From positions 1 through 35,862 of the forward strand of contig CAISTO010000012.1 of the NCBI GenBank assembly GCA_903888395.1: a stretch of 35,862 nucleotides of DNA, in the 5' to 3' direction. Every line of letters starts with the position of its first letter. Position 1 is the first letter of the stretch. Origin of the DNA: an uncultured Bacteroidota bacterium. Its GTDB lineage: Bacteria; Bacteroidota; Bacteroidia; UKL13-3. Under the pieces are notes generated by a model. The model was not told where the DNA came from, ran no database searches, and saw only the letters and a program-made list of their open reading frames with translations. This document shows positions 8,613-15,879 of the stretch, piece by piece. The position numbers were made by a program, and so were the translations under genes.

Positions 8613-10070
8613 ATGTTAAATATTCGCCAGATTCTAAATAGAAAAACGCTTGCTATTCTATCTTCTTTTTTGTTCATTCATTCAATAGTAGCTCAGGTAA
8701 GTTTACCCAAAAACAAAGTATTGGTATACACCACTTCTGCCGAAACTAATTTGCGTATTAGCATTTCTGATACGCTTGAATTTAAACCTCAAGTTCAACC
8801 AAAAGAAACCGAAACTGCCATTTTTATTGATACCAGCAAAACCTTTCAGGAAATAGTAGGAATAGGTGCCGCTATTACCGATGCAAGTGCCGAAACTTTT
8901 GCTAGGGTTTCCGCTGAATCACAAAAAAAATTATTAGAATCATTTTTTCATCCGCAAAAAGGAATTGGTTATTCTTTAATTCGTACCAATATGAATAGTT
9001 GCGATTTTTCAAGTGGCAGTTATACTTATGTGCAAGAAGGCGATAAAGATTTAAAAACTTTCAATATTGCTCCTGATACTTTGTATAAAATTCCTTTAAT
9101 TCAAAAGGCATTTAACATGACTAACCAAAATTTAAAATTGTTCATTTCTCCATGGAGTCCACCAGCTTTTATGAAAGATAATAACAACATGTTAAAAGGC
9201 GGAAAATTATTGCCAATGTATTACCAATCGTGGGCTAATTATTATGTAAAGTTCATCAATGAATATGAAAAATTAGGTGTTCATGTTTGGGGTTTAACTA
9301 TTCAAAACGAACCAATGGCAACCCAACGCTGGGAATCGTGCATATATACAGCTGAGGAAGAAAGAGATTTTTTGAAAAAATACTTAGGTCCAACTTTATT
9401 TAAAGCAGGATTGTCAAAAAAGAAAATCATTGTTTGGGATCATAACCGCGATTTAATTTTTCAAAGAGTAAACGTAATTTTAGCCGATAAAGAAGCTGCT
9501 AAATATGTATGGGGTATTGGTTACCATTGGTACGAAACCTGGACTGGTGGGGAGCAAATGCATGATAATATTAGTTTGGTAAATGAAACTTATCCAGGTA
9601 AAAATTTGTTTTTTACCGAAGGTTGCAAAGAAGTGTTTAACGAAGCCAAATATTATAATTGGAATATTGGTGAGTTTTATGCAAAATCAATGATAAAAGA
9701 TTTTAACTATGGCCTTACCGGATTTACTGATTGGAACATTTTTTTAGATGAAAAAGGTGGTCCAAACCATGTAGGCAATTTTTGCTTTGCACCCGTTCAT
9801 GTAAACACGCAAACGAATGAAATTATTTATACCAATGCCTTTTATTATATCGGGCATTTTTCTAAATTTGTTCGTCCCGGTGCTAAACGAATTGCTTGCT
9901 CATCGAGTAGAAGTAGCCTTAAAGCAACTGCATTTAAAAACAAAGATGGAAAAATTTGTGTAGTGGTAATGAATGATGGCGACAAAGAAATTAATTACAT
10001 GATACAATTAGGAAATCAATCTGTTTCTGTTAAAAGTATTGCGCATACCATTCAATCTATTTTATTTTAA
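8613..10070 (+). CDS. Glycoside hydrolase family 30, glucosylceramidase-like (GH30_1-type; candidate exo-beta-1,6-glucosidase), SPI-secreted
   Basis: It shows clear similarity in motif order to human GBA-type GH30: GIGAAITDASAETF, GIGYSLIRTNMNSCDFS, SPWSPPAFMK and YYVKFINEY. The acid/base motif is LTIQNEPM (Glu codon 9309-9311) and the nucleophile motif is FFTEGC (Glu codon 9618-9620). The signal peptide ends IVAQ with no lipobox Cys. Confidence 0.9.
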   Translation: MLNIRQILNRKTLAILSSFLFIHSIVAQVSLPKNKVLVYTTSAETNLRISISDTLEFKPQVQPKETETAIFIDTSKTFQEIVGIGAAITDASAETFARVSAESQKKLLESFFHPQKGIGYSLIRTNMNSCDFSSGSYTYVQEGDKDLKTFNIAPDTLYKIPLIQKAFNMTNQNLKLFISPWSPPAFMKDNNNMLKGGKLLPMYYQSWANYYVKFINEYEKLGVHVWGLTIQNEPMATQRWESCIYTAEEERDFLKKYLGPTLFKAGLSKKKIIVWDHNRDLIFQRVNVILADKEAAKYVWGIGYHWYETWTGGEQMHDNISLVNETYPGKNLFFTEGCKEVFNEAKYYNWNIGEFYAKSMIKDFNYGLTGFTDWNIFLDEKGGPNHVGNFCFAPVHVNTQTNEIIYTNAFYYIGHFSKFVRPGAKRIACSSSRSSLKATAFKNKDGKICVVVMNDGDKEINYMIQLGNQSVSVKSIAHTIQSILF

Positions 10071-10180
10071 TTTACAATTATCTGAACAATTTCAACATAT
10101 CGGAATATATATTTAAAGAAATTGTATGATCTCATTGTTAGGTGTTTTAGCGCAACAACATTATTTTGTTACACTTTATT

Positions 10181-11203
10181 TTACTTGATATTGACCATAA
10201 AAAAATTGAATGCCTTGGCCAATTTGTTAATTTCACTAATAATATCAAATCCTACTTTTATGTCGCCATGGTCTAATAAATTCGATAGTTTTAAATGAAC
10301 TTTTTGATTGTGATTTTTAAGCAAAGAATTTAGCAAAACTGATTCTGAGGATGGAATTACATGGTCGTCTTTTCCATGAATGATGGTAACAGGGCAAGTA
10401 ATTTTATGCGCATGTTTCGACAAATCTAGTCGGTTTTTCCAACTAGTAAAATCGGGAATTTTAGTCCAAGCTCGCATCATCATATCTCTTCTAAATTCGG
10501 TATTATATCTTAGTTTCTTATACAAATCAACAGTGGTTAAATTAGTTTGCGCAAGTAGGTTTGGCAATAATGGAACTTGTCTTTTTAAGCCATTATCTTC
10601 TAGTGCAGTTTGAATTAATGCTTCTAATTCAAGATTATTTCCAACTTCATATTTTATAAAGTTTTTCATTAAAATATGCATGCCATAATCATCTGCATTT
10701 TTTTCGTTGGTCAAAGCAAATTCAATGGTAGATTTAAAATCACAAAAACTTCCTATTAAGCAAAATGAAGACACACTGTTTGCGGGCATTTCAGCAATAG
10801 CCAAAGCAGCAATACCTGCAGTAAAAGAAGGTGCAAAAACAGCAGGACAAAATTTATTGGGGTTCAAAAATTGATCATACGTTATTTGTTGAATAACCTC
10901 CTTCATCTCTTCAATACCCGAAGGATGAATCAACAATGCATCTATGGTATTAATCTTTGGAGTAATTACTCGGTAGCCCATTTTTGCAAAAGCATTATTC
11001 ACTACCGCAATGCGATTGTCTTGATAGCCACTCATAGAAAAACCAGTGAGAGAAATGATGAGTCCTTTTTCTTTCTGAGTAGGTGTGTATAAAAGTATAG
11101 GTGTTTTACCACTCGAAAGCGACAATTCAAGTTCCACTCCTTTACTATTGTTTTTCAGCAGTGAAGTATTAATAATAAACCTAAGTCCCGCGAGAATCGA
11201 CAT
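10181..11203 (-). CDS. Alpha/beta-fold hydrolase (function unknown)
   Basis: 340 aa. The beta3 / oxyanion region reads LIISLTGFSMSG. The candidate nucleophile Ser126 sits in AVFAPSFTAGIAALA (codon 10826-10828). The Asp region is VTIIHGKDDHVIP and the C-terminal His is in LLDHGD. No signal peptide is evident. Confidence 0.7.
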   Translation of the reverse strand: MSILAGLRFIINTSLLKNNSKGVELELSLSSGKTPILLYTPTQKEKGLIISLTGFSMSGYQDNRIAVVNNAFAKMGYRVITPKINTIDALLIHPSGIEEMKEVIQQITYDQFLNPNKFCPAVFAPSFTAGIAALAIAEMPANSVSSFCLIGSFCDFKSTIEFALTNEKNADDYGMHILMKNFIKYEVGNNLELEALIQTALEDNGLKRQVPLLPNLLAQTNLTTVDLYKKLRYNTEFRRDMMMRAWTKIPDFTSWKNRLDLSKHAHKITCPVTIIHGKDDHVIPSSESVLLNSLLKNHNQKVHLKLSNLLDHGDIKVGFDIISEINKLAKAFNFFMVNIK

Positions 11204-11380
11204 AATTTGATTTTGTTTAAAAAAATTTCAAATAAAAAAGAGGCTAAATTGCTATACTTTTTTAATCATTTGCTACAAGCACAATGATAAATTCAATTAT
11301 TGCTATTTCAAAATTTAGAATGAAAGTTAACAATACAATAATCAAAACTATAAAAACATTACACATCATCATTTCAAAGT

Positions 11381-11580
11381 TTATCCTCCATTTCCCGCCT
11401 CCCATTTCTCTCTTCCCAATTCTCATCTCTCAGTGCTCATTTCATACTTCATCATTCATACTTCATACTTCCTCAATTCTCAGCACTCATTTCCCAACTC
11501 CCATCTCTCAGCGCTCAATTCCCATTTCATAATTAATCATTCATACTTCATACTTACTCATTTTTTTCTCCCATTAAAAT
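11381..11580 (+). repeat. G-depleted, C/T-rich intergenic tract with internal direct repeats
   Basis: A hand count over 11381-11580 gives about 69 C and only 6 G on the + strand. The motif CTCAG(Y)(R)CTCA(W)TTC occurs 3 times (~11429, ~11478, ~11507). CATCTCTCAG occurs at 11424 and 11502. CATTCATACTTCATACTT occurs at 11453-11470 and 11538-11555. CCCATTTC occurs at 11401 and 11521. Confidence 0.75.
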
Positions 11581-11583
11581 GTT

Positions 11584-11591
11584 TATTTTTG
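11584..11591 (+). promoter_or_regulatory. Putative Bacteroidota -7 promoter element (TAnnTTTG) for the GH97 gene
   Basis: TATTTTTG is an exact match to TAnnTTTG and lies 20 nt upstream of ATG 11611. No -33 TTG is available at the expected spacing because the upstream tract lacks G. This motif is expected by chance fairly often in AT-rich DNA. Confidence 0.3.
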
Positions 11592-11610
11592 TTTCAAAGA
11601 AAATTATCAA

Positions 11611-13725
11611 ATGAAAATAAAAAAAATACTCACTATTATTTTATTGGCAAGTTCTTGTGCATCTTTTGCGCAAACTTTTACAGTAAATTCCCCTAACAAA
11701 AAGATTTCCGTTTCACTTCAATTAAACGCGGCTGGTGCTTTAGTTTATAATGTAAATTATAAAAACAAGCCCATTGTAGAACCTTCTAACTTGGGTTTTA
11801 AAATAAATGACCAAGCTGATTTATTGAATAACTTTAGCATTTTGCAAGTTGATTCAAGTACCTTTAACGAATCTTGGACTCCTGTTTGGGGCGAAACTAA
11901 AACCATTGTAAATAATTATAAAGAAATAGCCATTACCCTGAAAGAAAAAGGGGATAAGCCGCGCATACTTCAAGTGGTATTTAAGGTGTTTAACGATGGC
12001 GTTGGATTCAGGTATCATTTTCCTGAGCAGCCTAATTTATTCCATTTTGTAGTAGCCGATGAATTAACCACATTTAACTTAACCGGTGACCATAAAATTT
12101 GGTGGATGCCAGGCGATTTTGATACCAACGAGTACACTTATAATACTTCACAAATTTCAGAAATAGAAAAACTAGCGAAGAAACGCGATGGTGCAATTTT
12201 TACTGCTACTCCCATCAAAGGTGCATTTGTACAAACTCCCTTAATGATAAAAACTAAAGAAGGTGTTTATGTAAATATTCATGAAGCCGCGTTAGTTAAT
12301 TATCCTGCCATGGATTTGAAATTTAACTTATCAACTTTTGAAGCTACATCAACTTTGGCTAACGATGCAGTTGGCAATAAAGCATACATGCGCGCACCAT
12401 GCAGCACTCCTTGGAGAACCATTATTATTAGCGATGACGCAAGAGATATTATTGCTTCCAAAACCATTTTAAACTTAAATGAACCTTGTAAGTTAACCAA
12501 CACCAATTATATCAAACCCATGAAATATTGTGGCATTTGGTTAGAAATGCATTTAGGACTTTCTACCTGGGATTTTGCTGGAGGACAGTCGGCCAGTGAT
12601 GCGGGTTCAGATGGAAAACAAAAGACAAAAACCAAACATGGTGCGACTACTGAAAACACAAAAAAATACATTGACTTTGCTGCTAAAAATGGTTTTGGTG
12701 GTGTGTTAGTGGAAGGTTGGAACGATGGTTGGGAAGATTGGTTTGGCAAATGGAAAGAAGATGTTTTTGACTTTGTAACTCCTTATCCCGATTACGATTT
12801 TAAAGGTTTAAATGCCTATGCTCAAAGTAAAGGCGTTGGTATGATTACTCACCATGAAACAAGCGGAAGTGTTACCAATTACGAACGTTGGATTGATTCT
12901 GCATACCGTTTAATGGCAAGTGTTGGAAGTCATGCTTTAAAATCGGGTTATGTAGGAAAAATTATTCCTCGAGGCGAATTTCACGATGGGCAATGGATGG
13001 TAAATCATTATTTACGTGCTATCAAAAAAGCTGCGCAATATGATATTATGGTAGTGGCTCACGAACCAGTTCGTCCCACAGGTTTACACCGTACTTATCC
13101 TAACTTTATGGCGGCTGAAGCAGCACGCGGACAAGAGTTTAATTTTTGGAGTGAAGGAAATCCACCAGAGCATGAAACCATTTTGCCTTTTACTCGCTTA
13201 ATGGGTGGTCCGATGGATTACACGCCAGGAATTTTTAAAATAAAAAAGAGCAATTATTATCCTGATGCAAAAGAGCAAGTGCATACTACTTTAACCAAGC
13301 AATTGGCATTGTATTTAACTTTATATAGTCCAGTTCAAATGGCAACTGATTTACCTGAAAATTACGAAGCAAAACCCGATGCTTTTCAGTTTATAAAAGA
13401 TGTAGCAGTTGATTGGGATGAAACCAAAGTAATTCATGCAGAACCAGGCGAATTTTTAACCATTGCTCGTAAAGCAAAAGGAACTAATAATTGGTTTTTA
13501 GGAAGTATTACCGATGAAAATGCCAGAGATTTAAACATGGATTTTAGCTTTTTGGATAAAGGTAAAAAATATATCGCAACCATTTATAAAGATGCTGCCG
13601 ATGCAAGTTGGGACAAGAATCCTGAAGCTTATGTAATTGAAAAAATAACAATTACAAATAAGTCTAAACTGACTTTAAAGTTAGCTTCAGGTGGAGGAAC
13701 AGCAATTAGTATTATTGCGCAATAA
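11611..13725 (+). CDS. Glycoside hydrolase family 97 (SusB-like alpha-glucosidase/alpha-galactosidase family)
   Basis: 704 aa with a signal peptide. The GH97 N-terminal beta-sandwich signature is present (SPNKKISVSLQLNAAGALVYNVNYKNKPIVEPSNLGF). Catalytic-barrel motifs are also present (GMITHHETSG, VVAHEPVRPTGLHRTYPN, AAEAARGQEFN). Confidence 0.9.
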   Translation: MKIKKILTIILLASSCASFAQTFTVNSPNKKISVSLQLNAAGALVYNVNYKNKPIVEPSNLGFKINDQADLLNNFSILQVDSSTFNESWTPVWGETKTIVNNYKEIAITLKEKGDKPRILQVVFKVFNDGVGFRYHFPEQPNLFHFVVADELTTFNLTGDHKIWWMPGDFDTNEYTYNTSQISEIEKLAKKRDGAIFTATPIKGAFVQTPLMIKTKEGVYVNIHEAALVNYPAMDLKFNLSTFEATSTLANDAVGNKAYMRAPCSTPWRTIIISDDARDIIASKTILNLNEPCKLTNTNYIKPMKYCGIWLEMHLGLSTWDFAGGQSASDAGSDGKQKTKTKHGATTENTKKYIDFAAKNGFGGVLVEGWNDGWEDWFGKWKEDVFDFVTPYPDYDFKGLNAYAQSKGVGMITHHETSGSVTNYERWIDSAYRLMASVGSHALKSGYVGKIIPRGEFHDGQWMVNHYLRAIKKAAQYDIMVVAHEPVRPTGLHRTYPNFMAAEAARGQEFNFWSEGNPPEHETILPFTRLMGGPMDYTPGIFKIKKSNYYPDAKEQVHTTLTKQLALYLTLYSPVQMATDLPENYEAKPDAFQFIKDVAVDWDETKVIHAEPGEFLTIARKAKGTNNWFLGSITDENARDLNMDFSFLDKGKKYIATIYKDAADASWDKNPEAYVIEKITITNKSKLTLKLASGGGTAISIIAQ

Positions 13726-13745
13726 TTTTTATAAATGAATATCTT

Positions 13746-13782
13746 AAATCCCATTAGTACAAAGCTGATGGGATTTTTTTGT
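13746..13782 (+). terminator. Rho-independent terminator after GH97
   Basis: The stem pairs aaatcccat (13746-13754) with atgggattt (13768-13776), followed by a T-run. Confidence 0.7.
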
Positions 13783-13831
13783 TTAGAAATTGAATTTAAA
13801 AAATTTACCTAAAGTTTTTTATATTTGTAGT

Positions 13832-14050
13832 ATGAAAATAGATCTTCAATATTTAAGCGATGTAAATGGAAAAACCAATGCTGTTCAGCTGCCATTTTCT
13901 GATTGGGAAAAACTATTAAACAAACTGAAAAAATACGAACAAACACTTAAAATAAAGTCTGATTTAAAAGAGGCTTATGAGCAAGTTGTTTACTTGAAAG
14001 AAAGCAGAAAAAACAAGCAAACATTAAGTGAATTCCTAAATGAGCTATAA
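13832..14050 (+). CDS. Putative type II antitoxin (Phd/YefM-like N-terminus)
   Basis: 72 aa from ATG 13832; the TTG at 13790 in the track is less likely. The N-terminus (DVNGKTNAVQLPFSDWEKLLNKL) resembles Phd/YefM-type antitoxins. Its 3' end overlaps the toxin start by 11 nt (14040-14050), which is classic TA coupling. Confidence 0.6.
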   Translation: MKIDLQYLSDVNGKTNAVQLPFSDWEKLLNKLKKYEQTLKIKSDLKEAYEQVVYLKESRKNKQTLSEFLNEL

Positions 14051-14366
14051 GGTAATTCCCTCAGATAAATTTAAAAAAGAAGCAAAACGACTAATTAAAA
14101 AATTCCCTTCTTTAAAACAAGAATTATTGGAACTTGGGGAAGTGCTAAGCAATGAACCAGACAATGGAATCCCACTTGGAAACAATTTATTTAAAATTAG
14201 ATTGTCAATAAAAAGTAAAGGTAAGGGTAAAAGTGGAGGTGGCAGAGTAATTACCTATTTAGTAAATGAAAACAAAGAAGTTTATTTATTAACCATTTAT
14301 GACAAATCAGAATTTGATACTATTGATGATAAAGTTTTGAAAAGTATCATTGATAATTTATTATAA
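14040..14366 (+). CDS. RelE/ParE-superfamily type II toxin
   Basis: 108 aa. FKKEAKRLIKKFPSLKQELLEL...LFKIRLSIKSKGKGKSGGGRVITYL...VYLLTIYDKSE matches the small RelE/ParE-like toxin pattern (KxSGGxRVI then YLLxIYDKS). It is translationally coupled to the upstream small ORF. Confidence 0.75.
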   Translation: MSYKVIPSDKFKKEAKRLIKKFPSLKQELLELGEVLSNEPDNGIPLGNNLFKIRLSIKSKGKGKSGGGRVITYLVNENKEVYLLTIYDKSEFDTIDDKVLKSIIDNLL

Positions 14367-14371
14367 ATTTT

Positions 14372-14406
14372 AAAACTCAATATTTTTAAAATATTGAGTT
14401 TTTTTG
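14372..14406 (+). terminator. Rho-independent terminator after the toxin gene
   Basis: The 13-bp stem pairs aaaactcaatatt (14372-14384) with aatattgagtttt (14390-14402), running into a T-run. Confidence 0.75.
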
Positions 14407-14484
14407 TAAAATATAATAGATAAATAAACAACTTTTATCCTGATATTTTAACAATTTATTTAAGTCTAAAAATGTTAGTTTTGT

Positions 14485-15741
14485 ATGATGAAATCATATA
14501 CTTTAATTTCAAACATAAAAATGCTTGCGGGCATTTTAGATAAAAATATTTTACTAAAAAAAGGAACAGAAATGGGCGTTTTAAATTCCATTGAAAACGC
14601 TTATTTAATCATTGAAAATGATTGCATTTTTGGCTTTGGTAAAATGGAAGATTTGAATGAAGGCCTTCACGATTTAAAAATTTCTCACGAAATAAATGCT
14701 AATAATGGAATGGTGATTCCAGCTTTTGTTGATAGTCACACACATTTGGTATTTGCTAATTGGCGTGAAGAAGAATTTGAAATGCGCATTAAAGGAAAAA
14801 GCTATGAGGAAATTGCAGCAGCAGGTGGTGGTATTTTAAATTCTGCAAAAAAATTGCAAAGCATGAGCCAAGATGAGCTTTTTATAAAAGCTTTGGAGCG
14901 TTTGAATCAAGTTATCAAACAAGGAACGGGTGCCATTGAAATTAAAAGTGGATATGGTTTAACGGTTCACGATGAAATAAAAATGTTGCGTGTAATTGCT
15001 CAACTAAAAAGTGTTTCGCCCATTCCTATTAAAGCTACTTTTTTAGGTGCGCATGCTTTTCCAGCTGAATATAAAAATAACAGAAAAGGTTACATCGATT
15101 TAATTATTAATGAAATGTTGCCAATCATAGCTAAAGAAAATTTAGCCGATTATTTTGATGTGTTTTGCGATCAAGGTTTTTATACCGTTGAAGAAACAGA
15201 TATGCTTTTAACAGCTGCTGCAGAATTTAATTTAAAACCAAAAATTCACGCCAATGAGTTAGGTTATACCGGTGGCGTGCAAGTAGGAGTAAAGCACCAT
15301 GCTTTAAGCGTTGATCATTTAGAATATACCGGAAAAGAAGAAATTGATTGTTTACTCAATAGCAATACCATGCCGGTTGGTTTGCCTAATTGTTCCTTCT
15401 TTTTGGGCATTCCTTACATGCCTGCTCGTGCCATGATTGATGCTGGCTTGCCAGTATGTTTGGCATCTGATTATAATCCGGGAAGTTCGCCAAACGGACG
15501 CATGGGATTTGTAGTAAGTTTGGCTTGTACACAAATGAAATTAACACCCGAAGAAGCTATTAACGCAACAACTATTAATGGTGCTTATGCAATTGAATTG
15601 AGTGAAACTCATGGAAGTATTACTATAGGTAAAAAAGCTAATTTAATTATTACAAAACCTATTTCTTCATTGGCATTTATTCCTTATAATTTTGGAAATG
15701 ATAGCGTAGAAAGTGTTTTGATGAATGGTAAAGTTTATTAA
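14485..15741 (+). CDS. hutI: Imidazolonepropionase
   Basis: 418 aa. FVDSHTHLVFANWREEEFEMRIKGKSYEEIAAAGGGILNSAKK matches the HutI signature region. Downstream amidohydrolase metal ligands are present (KIHANEL, LASDYNPGSSP). The start could be ATG 14485 or 14488. Confidence 0.9.
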   Translation: MMKSYTLISNIKMLAGILDKNILLKKGTEMGVLNSIENAYLIIENDCIFGFGKMEDLNEGLHDLKISHEINANNGMVIPAFVDSHTHLVFANWREEEFEMRIKGKSYEEIAAAGGGILNSAKKLQSMSQDELFIKALERLNQVIKQGTGAIEIKSGYGLTVHDEIKMLRVIAQLKSVSPIPIKATFLGAHAFPAEYKNNRKGYIDLIINEMLPIIAKENLADYFDVFCDQGFYTVEETDMLLTAAAEFNLKPKIHANELGYTGGVQVGVKHHALSVDHLEYTGKEEIDCLLNSNTMPVGLPNCSFFLGIPYMPARAMIDAGLPVCLASDYNPGSSPNGRMGFVVSLACTQMKLTPEEAINATTINGAYAIELSETHGSITIGKKANLIITKPISSLAFIPYNFGNDSVESVLMNGKVY

Positions 15742-15752
15742 ATAAAAGATAA

Positions 15753-15852
15753 GCCACAGATTTCACAGATTACACTGAAAAACTGTAAAATATGGAGAAA
15801 AATACAACAATAAATTATTGAAAAAATCTGTGTATTCTGTGAAATCTGTGGC
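15753..15852. repeat. REP-like long inverted repeat (23-nt arms, 22/23 complementary) between hutI and ade
   Basis: The left arm is gccacagatttcacagattacac (15753-15775) and the right arm is gtgtattctgtgaaatctgtggc (15830-15852). They are separated by 54 nt. Each arm contains an internal ACAGATT duplication. Confidence 0.75.
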
Positions 15853-15879
15853 AAAAAAAATGTATAATATGTGGCAATC

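Noticed and set aside
11424-11560. Possible CRISPR-like or tandem array, because of recurring 15-18-nt words
   Set aside because: The repeats are imperfect and irregularly spaced (~49, ~29 and ~78-85 nt). There are only 2-3 copies, no spacer-like unique segments of constant length, and no cas genes in the window.
11284-11696. Two overlapping + strand ORFs (11284-11532 and 11433-11696) upstream of GH97, plus a ~54-aa minus-strand ORF through the same tract
   Set aside because: The translations are dominated by S/F/I/H/P/L repeats produced by the C/T-rich repeat DNA. The second ORF runs into the GH97 start region in another frame. I treated these as non-coding repeat sequence rather than CDS.
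11611-13725. GH97 as part of the same PUL as the two GH30 genes
   Set aside because: It is separated from them by an antisense gene and a 407-nt intergenic region with its own promoter-like element. GH97 acts on alpha-linked glucose or galactose, which is chemically unrelated to the beta-glucan prediction. It may be independent, so I kept it separate.
13820-14483. TAnnTTTG words lying only 2-4 nt upstream of the antitoxin ATG (13820-13827) and the hutI ATG (14476-14483), read as evidence for leaderless mRNAs
   Set aside because: By rough estimate this 8-mer pattern is expected dozens of times by chance in 36 kb of AT-rich DNA. No -33 TTG is present at the right spacing. They are mentioned in the findings but not called as promoter features.
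15742-15879. Purine riboswitch upstream of adenine deaminase
   Set aside because: I could not find the conserved purine-riboswitch three-way-junction core or loop-loop motifs. The region is instead explained by the long REP-like inverted repeat.
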